A stretch of 64,000 nucleotides of DNA from Caulobacterales bacterium (GTDB lineage Bacteria; Pseudomonadota; Alphaproteobacteria; Caulobacterales; Aquidulcibacteraceae), in NCBI GenBank assembly GCA_049314555.1, contig JBMOEW010000006.1, forward strand, positions 23,100 through 87,099, in the 5' to 3' direction. Each line of letters begins with the position of its first letter. Positions within the stretch are counted from its first letter, which is position 1. The translations under genes and the position numbers were made by a program. Shown here piece after piece: positions 23,311 to 32,967 of this stretch. Below the pieces are notes generated by a model that was given only the letters and a program-made list of their open reading frames with translations, had not been told where the DNA came from and did not search any database.

Positions 23311-24873
23311 CTATTCCGCCGCTTCGCTCATCGGGTTGCTCGCCACCCACCGCAGCTTCGGCTTGCGCGCCGCGGTCGTCTCGTCAAGCCGCCGCACCGG
23401 TGCCAACCGAGGCGCACCCTTGAAGTGCTCCCGGTCCCCCGCCGCCGCCCGTTGCGCCAAGCTCATCATCACCTCGGCAAAGCGATCAAGCTCTGCCTTG
23501 GGTTCGGTTTCGGTTGGCTCAATCAGCATCGCCCCATGCACGACCAGCGGGAAATAGGTCGTGAACGGATGATATCCCTCATCGATCAGCGCCTTCGCCA
23601 AATCGATGGTTTCAAGGTCGTTGGCCCGCAGTCGGCTGTCGTCGAGCAGCACTTCGTGCATGCACGGCCCAGAACCAAATGGCGCATCAAAATGTGGCTT
23701 CAACAGCGCCAGCAAATAATTGGCGTTCAACACCGCATCTTCCGCCACTTGCCGCAGGCCGTCCGCGCCATGGCTCATCATGTAGGAAAGCGCCCGCACA
23801 AACATGCCCATTTGACCGTGGAACGCGCACATCCGGCCAAACGGTTGGCCGTCGCCATCGCGGGCCTGCTCGATCAAGTCGAGCGACCCATCCTCCTTGC
23901 GCACCATATGCGGGATCGGCGCAAACGCTGCCAGCGCCTCAGACAAAACCGTCGGCCCAGAACCAGGACCGCCCCCGCCGTGCGGCGTTGAAAAGGTCTT
24001 GTGCAAATTGATGTGCATCGCGTCGATGCCGAGGTCCCCCGGCCGCACGCGCCCCACGATGGCGTTGTAGTTGGCCCCGTCGCAATAGAAATAACCACCC
24101 GCCTCGTGCACCAGATCGGCGATCACTTTGATGTCGCGCTCAAACAGCCCGCAGGTGTTGGGGTTGGTCAGCATCACTGCCGCCACATCCGGACCAAGCT
24201 TTTCTTTGAACTGCACCAGATCCACCCGACCATCTGCAGTGGCATCGATTTCGTCCACGATGAACCCGCACGCCGCCGCCGTTGCCGGATTGGTGCCATG
24301 CGCGCTGGCGGGCACCAAGACGCGCTTGCGGGTTTCGCCATCACCGCGCGCGATCAAGGCCTCGCGGATCGCAAGCATCCCGCACAACTCGCCGTGCGCG
24401 CCCGCCTTGGGCGACAACGCCACCGCGTCCATCCCGGTCAGTTCCAGCAGCCAGTGCGCAAGCTCCCCCATCAACTCCAGCGCGCCCTGCACCGTGGAGG
24501 TTGGCTGCAATGGGTGAATATCGGCAAAGCCTGGCAACCGCGCCATTTTCTCGTTCAAGCGCGGGTTGTGCTTCATCGTGCACGACCCCAGCGGAAACAA
24601 GCCAAGATCGATCGCATAGTTGCGCTGGGAAAGCCGCACGTAGTGGCGCACAGCCTGCGGCTCCGATAGGCCCGGCAAACCAAGCGGCATCGTCCGCGTC
24701 AACCCGCCGAGCCGGTCGGCCACACCTTCCGGCTCCGGAAGATCCACACCGGTTCGATCCGGTGCCCCCACTTCAAAAATCAGCCCCTCTGCCTGCAAAA
24801 GGCCCCGCGAGCCGGAAACGCTGGCCTCAGACGCTTGCACGCCCTCGCCTCGTGTCGAACGCAATTGGGTCAT
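23311..24873 (-). CDS. gcvPB: glycine dehydrogenase (aminomethyl-transferring) subunit 2
   Basis: LGSCTMKHN..., and [16 protein letters not shown] (PLP lysine region). Overlaps gcvPA by ATGA. Confidence 0.95.
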   Translation of the reverse strand: MTQLRSTRGEGVQASEASVSGSRGLLQAEGLIFEVGAPDRTGVDLPEPEGVADRLGGLTRTMPLGLPGLSEPQAVRHYVRLSQRNYAIDLGLFPLGSCTMKHNPRLNEKMARLPGFADIHPLQPTSTVQGALELMGELAHWLLELTGMDAVALSPKAGAHGELCGMLAIREALIARGDGETRKRVLVPASAHGTNPATAAACGFIVDEIDATADGRVDLVQFKEKLGPDVAAVMLTNPNTCGLFERDIKVIADLVHEAGGYFYCDGANYNAIVGRVRPGDLGIDAMHINLHKTFSTPHGGGGPGSGPTVLSEALAAFAPIPHMVRKEDGSLDLIEQARDGDGQPFGRMCAFHGQMGMFVRALSYMMSHGADGLRQVAEDAVLNANYLLALLKPHFDAPFGSGPCMHEVLLDDSRLRANDLETIDLAKALIDEGYHPFTTYFPLVVHGAMLIEPTETEPKAELDRFAEVMMSLAQRAAAGDREHFKGAPRLAPVRRLDETTAARKPKLRWVASNPMSEAAE

Positions 24874-26213
24874 GCGAGCACCTCTTGGAGCGCATCGGCA
24901 AACTGCGCGATGTCTTCGTCTGTGTTGGTTTCTGTGGCGGCAACCAGGAGCACGTCGTCCATGCCCGCAAGCGGGTCCAGGCGCGAAAAGGCGACCCCGC
25001 CCATCACCCCGTGATCGAGCAGAGCTTCCACGACTTCAGCTGCCGGTTTTGGCAACCGCACGGCAAACTCGTTGAAGAACCGCGGCGTCAAAACTTCAAC
25101 GCCCGCAATCCCCGCCAAGGTATCCGCCGTGGCCATCGCCGTTTCGTGATTGATCCGTGCAAGGCGCATCAATCCGGCTTCGCCCAGCAGCGTCATGTGG
25201 ATCGTCCAGGCCAACGAACACAGGCCCGAGTTGGTACAGATGTTGGACGTAGCCTTTTCGCGCCGGATGTGTTGTTCCCGGGTCGACAGCGTCAATACAA
25301 AGCCGCGCCGGCCCTGCGCGTCTGTGGTTTCCCCCGCCAGCCGTCCGGGCATTTGGCGCATGTATTTTTCGCGCGTTGCAAACAGCCCCACATACGGCCC
25401 GCCGAAGTTCAGTGCGTTGCCGATCGATTGGCCCTCACCCACAACGATATCCACCCCATAGGCCCCTGGCGGTTCAATCATCCCAAGCGCCACGCACTCG
25501 GTAAACACCGAAACCACCAACGCCCCCTTGGCGTGCGCCGCCGTCACGATCGCTGAAAGATCGCTCACCGTGCCAAATACGTTGGGCGACTGCACAATCA
25601 CGCAGGCGGTATCTTCGTCGATCAACGACAGCACCAGGGCTTCGCCGTCCACCGCCGTTGGCGCCACCGCCACCTTTAGCCCAAGCGCTCCGCACACGGT
25701 TTGTGTGGTGCTCACATAGTGCGGATGCACCCCGCCAGAAAACACCACCCGTCCGCGCTTGGTGATCCGCGCAGCCATCACCGCCGCTTCCGCGCACCCC
25801 GTGGAGCCGTCATACATCGAGGCGTTGGCCACCTCCATGCCGGTCAGCATGCACACCTGGCTTTGGAACTCGAACAGCGCCTGCAGCGTGCCCTGCGCTA
25901 TCTCAGGCTGATAGGGCGTGTAGGTCGTCAGGAACTCGCTGCGCTGGATCAGGTGGTCCACCGAAGCTGGAACATGGTGCCTGTAAGCCCCCGCCCCCAC
26001 AAAGAACGCAGCATCTCCGGCAGCAATATTGCGTTCCGCAAGATCTTTCAGGAACCGCTCCACCGCCATTTCGCTTTGATGGAACGGTAAATCCACCGGA
26101 CCATCAAGGCGCGCCGCAACCGGAACGTCCGCATAAAGATCATCAATCGAGGCGGCCCCGATTGTGGCAAGCATGCTTGCCCGATCAGCTCCATTCAATG
26201 GCAGATATCGCAT
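24870..26213 (-). CDS. gcvPA: glycine dehydrogenase (aminomethyl-transferring) subunit 1
   Basis: [15 protein letters not shown]..., [20 protein letters not shown], and [17 protein letters not shown]. Confidence 0.95.
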   Translation of the reverse strand: MRYLPLNGADRASMLATIGAASIDDLYADVPVAARLDGPVDLPFHQSEMAVERFLKDLAERNIAAGDAAFFVGAGAYRHHVPASVDHLIQRSEFLTTYTPYQPEIAQGTLQALFEFQSQVCMLTGMEVANASMYDGSTGCAEAAVMAARITKRGRVVFSGGVHPHYVSTTQTVCGALGLKVAVAPTAVDGEALVLSLIDEDTACVIVQSPNVFGTVSDLSAIVTAAHAKGALVVSVFTECVALGMIEPPGAYGVDIVVGEGQSIGNALNFGGPYVGLFATREKYMRQMPGRLAGETTDAQGRRGFVLTLSTREQHIRREKATSNICTNSGLCSLAWTIHMTLLGEAGLMRLARINHETAMATADTLAGIAGVEVLTPRFFNEFAVRLPKPAAEVVEALLDHGVMGGVAFSRLDPLAGMDDVLLVAATETNTDEDIAQFADALQEVLA

Positions 26214-26217
26214 CCCC

Positions 26218-26859
26218 TCATCCTTCCCTGTGCAACGCGCGCATGGCCTGGGCCAGCGTATGGTCTCTGGGCGCTTCGCGCGCCCCCAAATCAGCCATCA
26301 CCCCGGCGAAATCCTTCACCGATTTGTTCTGGCTCAACTTCCATTTGCCCTGCGCTTGGCTCACCATGATCCGAACACCAACGATCGAGGCCACCATCCG
26401 ATCTGTGTACGCCGCCGGCGCGTCATCCACAGACCACGGGGCGGGCCTGCAACGCTCCATCACGTCGGTCAATTGGCGCACGACCTCCAGCAGGCTTGTC
26501 CGGTCGCTGAACAAATCCACCTCGCCCGCCACTTCTGCCCGCACATAGTTCCACGTCGGCACAACTTCACCGTGCACCGCCTTGGACGGATACGCAGACG
26601 GGCTCACGTATGCGTCTGGCCCAACAAAAACCGCCGTGCACTTGGCCCCAGGCGCAAGCGCAGCAAACGGATTGGCCCGCGCCACGTGCCCCACCAGCGA
26701 CACGATCGCCCCGCCACCGCCGCGCTCCACCAGCAGTGGCGCATGCGCGATCACCACGCTGTCGTGCCCTTGCGCCGCAAGCACAGCCAGCGGATAAGCA
26801 GCGATCATCCCGGCGATGGCATCGGCATCGTCAACCAAGAAGTGCGCAGGTCCGTACAC
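26218..26859 (-). CDS. FMN-binding negative transcriptional regulator (PaiB family)
   Basis: The N-terminus [11 protein letters not shown]...IAAYPLAVL and the C-terminus KWKLSQNK are typical of PaiB-like split-barrel proteins. It is wedged between gcvH and gcvPA with 6- and 4-nt gaps. Confidence 0.75.
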   Translation of the reverse strand: MYGPAHFLVDDADAIAGMIAAYPLAVLAAQGHDSVVIAHAPLLVERGGGGAIVSLVGHVARANPFAALAPGAKCTAVFVGPDAYVSPSAYPSKAVHGEVVPTWNYVRAEVAGEVDLFSDRTSLLEVVRQLTDVMERCRPAPWSVDDAPAAYTDRMVASIVGVRIMVSQAQGKWKLSQNKSVKDFAGVMADLGAREAPRDHTLAQAMRALHREG

Positions 26860-26865
26860 GGCAGA

Positions 26866-27234
26866 TCAGCCCCCTGTATGGGCTTTGTAGGCGGAAGCAT
26901 CCATCAACGCGTCCAATTCGGCCACATTCGCGGGCTTGAATTTCGCAAACCAGCCAGCCCCTTCAGGGCCGTCGTTCACGAGTTGTGGGTTAGCCACGAT
27001 CGCCTCGTTTACCGCCACAACCTCGCCAGAGATTGGTGCGTACACGTCTGAAGCGGCCTTGGCGCTTTCCACCACCGCCATGTCCTTACCCTTGGCGAAA
27101 CTTTTGCCAACGCTGGGCAGTTCCACATAAACCACGTCGCCCAACTGGGTCGCTGCAAAACTGGTGATGCCCACAACGGCAACATCGCCCTCCAGGCGCA
27201 CCCATTCGTGATCTTGCGTGAATTTCGTTGTCAT
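26866..27234 (-). CDS. gcvH: glycine cleavage system protein H
   Basis: [13 protein letters not shown]..., and lipoyl-lysine motif [18 protein letters not shown]. Confidence 0.95.
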   Translation of the reverse strand: MTTKFTQDHEWVRLEGDVAVVGITSFAATQLGDVVYVELPSVGKSFAKGKDMAVVESAKAASDVYAPISGEVVAVNEAIVANPQLVNDGPEGAGWFAKFKPANVAELDALMDASAYKAHTGG

Positions 27235-27246
27235 GGTCGTGGTCCC

Positions 27247-28413
27247 TTATTGGCCTTTGCGAACATAGCGATGCGGGGTGAATGGCAGGGCGACAACCTC
27301 GCCGGGGCGCGGCTGGCCCCGCACCATGAGGTCGATCAACGTTCCGGGGGCAGAAAATCCGGTTTCCACATATCCCATCGAAACTGGCGCACCAAAAGTG
27401 GGGCCAAACCCGCCAGACGTCACCACGCCAATTTTTCGTCCGTCCTTGAACACCTCAACGCCTTCGCGCGCCGGTGCCGGGGTCAATGGCTTGATGCCGA
27501 CCCGCTTTTTGGTCGGCCCATCGGCAAGCTCGCGCAGGATGCGCGCAGCCCCCGGAAAATCCCCAAGCATCCGCCGGCGCTTTTGAATGATCCAAGCCAG
27601 ATCAGCCTCAATGGGCGAAATCGTTGCGTCCAGGTCATGCCCATACAGGCAAAGCCCCGCCTCCAACCGCAGCGAATCCCGTGCCCCAAGCCCAACCGGC
27701 TTCACCGGCGCATGTCCAAGCAAAGCATTGGCGAACGCCAGCGCGTGCTCGGCCCGCACCAACACCTCAAACCCGTCTTCACCGGTATATCCAGACCGCG
27801 AAATCGTCAGCCGGCCGAAGTATTCGGTCTCAAACCGGGCATAGGTCATAAAGCTCATGGCACCGGTGCCGGGCACCACATGGTCAAGCACCCGAAACGC
27901 TTCAGGCCCCTGCAGCGCCAAAAGTGCACGGTCATCGGCGCGAACCACCTGCGCCTCGCCCTTGGCGACGTTGGCAAGCAGTGCCCAATCGCCCTCCTTG
28001 CACCCTGCGTTCACCACCACATAGAGATCGCCCTGCGCCCCTGGCTCAACTGGTCGTGCGATCATCAGATCGTCTTCGATACCACCGGCCTCGTTCAGCA
28101 AAACCGAATAGCGGATCTGGCCCGGTTTCAGGCCTTGGATATCGCCCGGCACAACCCGCTCGATGATGGCCGCCACCGCCCGATGCGCATCATCGCCGGT
28201 CAAGCCGTGACCCTTTGCGAGGCCAAAGAACGACGGTCCCATATGGCTAACGTCAAACAGCCCCGCCTGCGACCGCGTCCAGGCGTGCTCTGCCATCAGG
28301 CCTTCAAAGGTGATCGGCATGTCGTAGCCGGCAAAACCGCCGAACTTGGCACCGCGCCCGCGCCAAACCGCGTCCAGGGTCAATGCCTTCAAGGGGGTGT
28401 GGGTCTCGGCCAA
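27247..28413 (-). CDS. gcvT: glycine cleavage system aminomethyltransferase T
   Basis: TPLKAL...GAKFGGFAGYDMPITF, and GYTGEDGFE. Start reassigned to TTG 28413, which has GGAG 6 nt upstream. The ORF-track ATG 28494 lies inside the second riboswitch aptamer. Confidence 0.88.
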   Translation of the reverse strand: MAETHTPLKALTLDAVWRGRGAKFGGFAGYDMPITFEGLMAEHAWTRSQAGLFDVSHMGPSFFGLAKGHGLTGDDAHRAVAAIIERVVPGDIQGLKPGQIRYSVLLNEAGGIEDDLMIARPVEPGAQGDLYVVVNAGCKEGDWALLANVAKGEAQVVRADDRALLALQGPEAFRVLDHVVPGTGAMSFMTYARFETEYFGRLTISRSGYTGEDGFEVLVRAEHALAFANALLGHAPVKPVGLGARDSLRLEAGLCLYGHDLDATISPIEADLAWIIQKRRRMLGDFPGAARILRELADGPTKKRVGIKPLTPAPAREGVEVFKDGRKIGVVTSGGFGPTFGAPVSMGYVETGFSAPGTLIDLMVRGQPRPGEVVALPFTPHRYVRKGQ

Positions 28414-28467
28414 GGCATGCTCCAGGTGCGGTTGCTCACGCGCCGCCAAAGCGACCCGTGCGCCCCC

Positions 28468-28679
28468 GCTGTCCTGTTGGCCTGAGAGATTCACCGCCCC
28501 CGCGATGAGGAAAGCAGCTTACTCCGTCGGCGGCGACCAAACCGAAGACGCCTTCAGTCCGTCGCGCTTTCCAGCGTGTTCATCCCCCCGCGGTCCTTTT
28601 CCCTGAGCGTTTCCGGGGCGGTTGCGCCTTCGGGGCGACGCCAAGCCCCCTGGGGCCAAGCGAAGTCTCTTCCGCGGGG
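28468..28679 (-). promoter_or_regulatory. tandem glycine riboswitch (two aptamers) in the gcvT leader
   Basis: On the reverse strand, aptamer 1 reads ccgcGGAAGAGA...CGCCCCGAAGGCGCAAcc...CGCTCAGGGAAAAGGACcgcgg. Aptamer 2 reads gCTGGAAAGC...CCGCCGACGGAGTAAgc...TCTCAGGCCAACAGGACAGC. These match the GGAGAG / CACCGAAGGGGCAA / CTCAGGCAAAAGGAC cores. Confidence 0.85.
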
Positions 28680-28771
28680 TTCATGTGTTTGACCGAGCCA
28701 TGGCGATTCCATCGGCAAGACCCGTTGCGCTCACACTGGCGACAAGCCCGAACAGAGTCAAACCCGATCCG

Positions 28772-29233
28772 TCAGGAGCCGCGGCGCTTCACCCGCAGCG
28801 TCGACCCTTCAACCCGAACGATGTCCACCGCGTCGCCAGAAGCAATCGCGTCTTCGCTCTCGGCGCGCCATTCGCTGTCGCCCAGCCGCACCCGGCCAAC
28901 GCCGCCCTCAAAGCCGCTGCTGGCCACGCCCCGCGCCCCTTCAAGCTGCAGGCCGCGCTCGTTCAAAGCGCTGTCACCGCCCGAAAGCAGCCGGTTGCGC
29001 GCCAAAGGCCGCCCAAACATCAGCAACACCAGCACCGCCACCGCGAAGATGGCGAGCTGCACCGGCCAGCCGATCGGCAAGGCCATGACCAGCAGGCCCG
29101 TGAGCCATGCAGCGACCGCCGGCCACAGCAAATAGGTCGAACCCGTCACGAGTTCCAAAAGCAACAGCAAAAGCCCTAGCGCCAGCCAGTGCCAGAACTC
29201 AAGGCCAGAGAGAAACGACGAAAGCCAGTCCAT
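28772..29233 (-). CDS. NfeD family protein
   Basis: Three N-terminal TM helices and a C-terminal OB-like domain (GVGRVRLGDSEWRAESEDAIASGDAVDIVRVEGSTLRV). It lies downstream of an SPFH gene. Confidence 0.85.
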   Translation of the reverse strand: MDWLSSFLSGLEFWHWLALGLLLLLLELVTGSTYLLWPAVAAWLTGLLVMALPIGWPVQLAIFAVAVLVLLMFGRPLARNRLLSGGDSALNERGLQLEGARGVASSGFEGGVGRVRLGDSEWRAESEDAIASGDAVDIVRVEGSTLRVKRRGS

Positions 29234-29273
29234 GCGCCATAAGTGCCCATCATTGGCTTCAGGTTCAAGAGCG

Positions 29274-30218
29274 TTAGCCGCCGGTGTTGGGTCCAGTGCC
29301 GCCGTCACCGCGCCGCGGCACGCCATCCGTCAGGGTCCGCAAGCCCTCCAACAGCCCCGAAAGGCTGGACAGCTCCGCCGGCACAATCACGGTGCGCTGC
29401 TGTGGGCTGCTCGCCAGCGCCGCAAACGCTTCGATATACTTTTGCCCAAGGAAGTAATTGACGGCCTTCACGTCACCCGCTGCAATCGCCTGAGACACCA
29501 GCGTGGTGGCCGTTGCTTCGGCTTCCGCCGCCCGCTCCCGGGCTTCCGCGTCCCGGAACGCCGCATCCCGTCGCCCTTCGGACTCCAGAATGGCCCCCTG
29601 CTTGGCCCCTTCCGCCCGCAAAATCGCAGCCTGCTTTTCGCCCTCGGCTTCCAGGATCAAGGCGCGGCGCTCGCGCTCCGCCTTCATCTGGCGCGCCATC
29701 GACGCGGTGATGTCGGCCGGCGGCGTCAAATCCTTGATCTCGATCCGGGTGACCTTGACGCCCCAGGGGCTGGTCGCCGCGTCGATTACGCCCAGCAACC
29801 GCGCATTGATCGAGTCCCGCTGCGACAGCACTTCGTCCAGGTCCATAGACCCCACAACCGTGCGCAAATTGGTTTGGCTGAGGTTGATGATCGCCAAGTT
29901 CAGGTTTTCGACCTCATAGGCGGCCTTAGGCGCATCGATCACCTGCGTGAACACCACCGCATCGCAGGTAACGATTGCATTGTCCTTGGTGATCACCTCT
30001 TGGCGCGGCACATCCAGCACGGTTTCCATCATCGAAAGACGCCGCCCAACCCGATCCGCAAACGGGGTAATGAAGGCAATGCCGGGCTTCAATGTGTGGG
30101 TGTAGCGCCCAAACCGCTCAACCGTGAACTGCTTGCCTTGCGGCACGATCTTGATGGCGCTGGAGGTGAGCATCAGCGCCAGCACCACAAACACCACAAT
30201 GACGATTTCGCCGCCCAT
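29274..30218 (-). CDS. SPFH/band 7 (stomatin-like) protein
   Basis: [18 protein letters not shown]..., and [17 protein letters not shown] 30218 has a GGAGAG SD, whereas ORF-track start 30239 is a GTG. Confidence 0.9.
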   Translation of the reverse strand: MGGEIVIVVFVVLALMLTSSAIKIVPQGKQFTVERFGRYTHTLKPGIAFITPFADRVGRRLSMMETVLDVPRQEVITKDNAIVTCDAVVFTQVIDAPKAAYEVENLNLAIINLSQTNLRTVVGSMDLDEVLSQRDSINARLLGVIDAATSPWGVKVTRIEIKDLTPPADITASMARQMKAERERRALILEAEGEKQAAILRAEGAKQGAILESEGRRDAAFRDAEARERAAEAEATATTLVSQAIAAGDVKAVNYFLGQKYIEAFAALASSPQQRTVIVPAELSSLSGLLEGLRTLTDGVPRRGDGGTGPNTGG

Positions 30219-30367
30219 CTCGGTCTCTCCAAATTTCACAGGTCAAAATATGACCCAAAACGAACGAAAACCAGTTTGCCCGCGTAAAGCGACCAAACCT
30301 TTAAGGTAGAACGCGTGCGAGGCGAAACTGGTTCTCGTATTCGTTGAAATTAAGACCGCTTAATGGA

Positions 30368-30847
30368 TCATATCTGTCCAAGGAGATACTCGGCGCTGGA
30401 AACTTTGTATTCACCACCTTCTTCAACGTTGAGGCTTTCCACCACCCCGTTCTTTACCAGCATCGAATAGCGCTGCGACCGCAGGCCCATGCCAAACTTC
30501 GAGCCGTCCAGTTCAAGGCCAATCGCCTTGGTGAACGCGCCATTGCCGTCGCCCAGCATCAACATGCTGTCGCCCACGTGCTGGTCCGCGCCCCACGCCT
30601 TCATCACAAACGCGTCGTTCACCGCCACACAGGCAATCGCGTCAACGCCCTTGGCGGAAAGGTCGCCCGCCTTGTCGCGAAAGCTCGGCAAGTGTTTGGC
30701 CGAGCAGGTTGGCGTGAACGCGCCAGGCACCGCAAACAGCGCCACAGTCTTGCCCGCAAACACCTCGTCCGTGGTCATGGGCTTTGGGCCTTCCGCGGTC
30801 CCGGCCATGAACGTCACGCTCGGCAGCTTTTCGCCAACTTTAATCAT
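30368..30847 (-). CDS. peroxiredoxin (Prx5 / AhpC-TSA type)
   Basis: MIKVGEKLPSVTF...LFAVPGAFTPTCS (peroxidatic Cys), giving 160 aa from ATG 30847 with an AGGAGAG SD. Confidence 0.9.
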   Translation of the reverse strand: MIKVGEKLPSVTFMAGTAEGPKPMTTDEVFAGKTVALFAVPGAFTPTCSAKHLPSFRDKAGDLSAKGVDAIACVAVNDAFVMKAWGADQHVGDSMLMLGDGNGAFTKAIGLELDGSKFGMGLRSQRYSMLVKNGVVESLNVEEGGEYKVSSAEYLLGQI

Positions 30848-31035
30848 CACTCTCTCCTGCAGCGGTGCCAACGACAACACATAGCCCCGTCGTGTGGCAT
30901 GGAAATGAAGTTTGGTCCTGTCGATAGCGATGTGGGGCGACTTGCCCTTTGCGCAAGAACCGGCGAGCATCTTGCAAGCGAACGATTTTGGCCAAGGCCA
31001 AGTGATGGGCCAAAGCCAAAGGAAAGGAAGCGCGC

Positions 31036-31596
31036 GTGGCGAGCGGACTGGTCGGCAAACTTTTGGTAGCCATGCCCGGGATCGGCGATCCCCGGTTCGA
31101 GCGCGCGGTGATTTTCATGTGCGCCCACACCACCGAACAGGCGATGGGCTTGATGATCAACAAGCCCAAGGACGAAATGACCGTAGGCGACGTGCTCGAT
31201 CACCTGGGTATCGCCGCCGAACCACGTTTTGGCCCGATGGCGGTGCTGGACGGCGGGCCCGTTGGCCAAGACCGCGGCTTTGTGCTGCATTCCCACGACT
31301 TCGCCGTAGCTGACGCCACCCAACCCCTCACCAGCGATGTCTCCCTCACCACCACCCGCGACGTGTTGGAAGCCATGGCCGGCCCCACCGCCCCCGAACA
31401 CGCCGTCCTGGCGCTGGGCTTTGCGGGCTGGGGCGCGGGGCAGTTGGAAGAGGAATTGCGCGGAAACGCCTGGCTGGTGGTGGAAACCGATGGCCAGATC
31501 GTCTTCAGCGGCGATCATCATGCAAAGTGGGACCGCGCGATCCGCAAATTGGGCATCGATCCAGCGCATTTGGCCGGCGAAACCGGGCGCGCATAG
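31036..31596 (+). CDS. YqgE/AlgH family protein
   Basis: LLVAMPGIGDPRFERAVIFMCAHTTEQAMGLMINKP is the family signature. Confidence 0.88.
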   Translation: MASGLVGKLLVAMPGIGDPRFERAVIFMCAHTTEQAMGLMINKPKDEMTVGDVLDHLGIAAEPRFGPMAVLDGGPVGQDRGFVLHSHDFAVADATQPLTSDVSLTTTRDVLEAMAGPTAPEHAVLALGFAGWGAGQLEEELRGNAWLVVETDGQIVFSGDHHAKWDRAIRKLGIDPAHLAGETGRA

Positions 31597-31611
31597 GAAG
31601 GGCGCTGCCGC

Positions 31612-32358
31612 CTACGCCGTGCGCACCAGCTCTTCGGTGGCCATCCCAAACAAGCGTCCCTGGCCCTTCCCGCAGCCCAGCTCCATCAGCGCTGCCCGCT
31701 GGCTTACCGTTTCGATCCCCTCGGCCACAAAGCTAAGGCCCAACTCCCGCGCGAGGCCTATCGCGTGCGTGGCCACTGCCCGCGCTGGCCCTGCGACCTC
31801 CACACCGTTGGCAAACGCGCGGTCCAGCTTGATCCCGTCCAACGGCAGGCACAGCAGCCAAGACAACGTGGCAAACCCCGCGCCAAAATCATCCACCGCC
31901 ACCCGCACCCCGGCCGCCCGCAAATGCCCCAGAGCACGGATCACACCGGCGGCATCGTCCAGCGGCGCATCTTCGGTAATCTCCAGCCACAGCCGGTTGG
32001 GCGCGATCCCAAACAGCGCAGCCTGACCCAAAAACGCCGCCGCAAAGCTAGGTTCCGCGATATCGGGGCACCCGGCGTTGACAGACAATTCCAACCCATA
32101 AGACCAGCGCGCGGCCGCAAACGTGCCCATCGCTTGCGCCGCCATCGCCCCGCACAGCGCCGCCCGCACATCGATTGCCGCCGCAGCCGACCACACCGCG
32201 TCCGCAGAAAGGACAACCCCGTCGTCCCCGCGCCACCGCGCAAGCGCCTCAACGCCAACCACTTTGGCATCAACCATTTGCGCGATCGGCTGAAAGTGCG
32301 CGACCAACGCGCCAGGACCCAGGATCTGAGCAAGGTCAGCACAAAGCGCGTCGTTCAT
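31612..32358 (-). CDS. stand-alone EAL domain protein (putative c-di-GMP phosphodiesterase)
   Basis: FQPI...GVEALARW, DDFGAGFATLSWL, IKLDRAF, AEGIET and GQG motifs are all present. ATG 32358 overlaps the GNAT stop (ATGA). Confidence 0.85.
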   Translation of the reverse strand: MNDALCADLAQILGPGALVAHFQPIAQMVDAKVVGVEALARWRGDDGVVLSADAVWSAAAAIDVRAALCGAMAAQAMGTFAAARWSYGLELSVNAGCPDIAEPSFAAAFLGQAALFGIAPNRLWLEITEDAPLDDAAGVIRALGHLRAAGVRVAVDDFGAGFATLSWLLCLPLDGIKLDRAFANGVEVAGPARAVATHAIGLARELGLSFVAEGIETVSQRAALMELGCGKGQGRLFGMATEELVRTA

Positions 32359-32921
32359 GCGCTGGTCCCGATCGGGTCCGTCGACAGGATGGCAAACAGC
32401 AAATGATCGCGCCAATCGCCATTGATGCGCAGATAAGCACGCGCAAAACCCTCCGGCTGGAAGCCCGCCTTTTCCAACACCCGCCGCGACCCCGGGTTGT
32501 TGGGCTGGCAGGCAGCCTCCACCCGGTGCAAGGCAAGATCACTGAAGGCAAACCCAACCACCGCCCGCACCGCAGCCGTCGTATAGCCCTGCCCTGCAAA
32601 CGCCGCCCCGGCCCAATAGCCAAGCGCGCACATCTGGCCAACGCCGCGCTGCACCCGGCTCAAGGTCACCCCACCAGTTAGGCTGTCATCGCTGGTTCGA
32701 AACACCAAAAACGAATACGCCCGGCCCTCGCGGATATCGTCCGCATACCTGCGCAATCGGTAGCGAAACGACGCCCGCGACAGCTCGTCCTCCGCCCAGG
32801 TCGGCTCCCACGGCGTCAAATACCCCCGCGAGGCACCGCGCAACGCCGCCCACGGCTCATGATCGCGCAATTCCGGCGGACGCAGATAAACCCCCACGCC
32901 ATCCACCCGTCGCGCACTCAT
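32355..32921 (-). CDS. GNAT family N-acetyltransferase (RimJ/RimL-like)
   Basis: YLRPPELRDHEPWAALR..., and the acetyl-CoA region GYWAGAAFAGQGYTTAAVRAVV. The start is uncertain (ATG 32921 or GTG 32948). Confidence 0.8.
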   Translation of the reverse strand: MSARRVDGVGVYLRPPELRDHEPWAALRGASRGYLTPWEPTWAEDELSRASFRYRLRRYADDIREGRAYSFLVFRTSDDSLTGGVTLSRVQRGVGQMCALGYWAGAAFAGQGYTTAAVRAVVGFAFSDLALHRVEAACQPNNPGSRRVLEKAGFQPEGFARAYLRINGDWRDHLLFAILSTDPIGTSA

Positions 32922-32967
32922 CCCCAAACCGTCCAACCGCAAAAACGACACGGGACCAAAACTCCGC

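Noticed and set aside
22918-23991. 357-aa plus-strand ORF, and similar long antisense ORFs at 24282-25556, 27208-28485, 34296-35624, 35663-36832 and 56107-57333
   Set aside because: All are antisense to strongly recognised genes (pyk, gcvPB/PA, gcvT, thrC, SURF1/DUF983/ctaE, glmU). They encode R/P/H/G-rich sequences with no motifs, so they are GC-driven artefacts.
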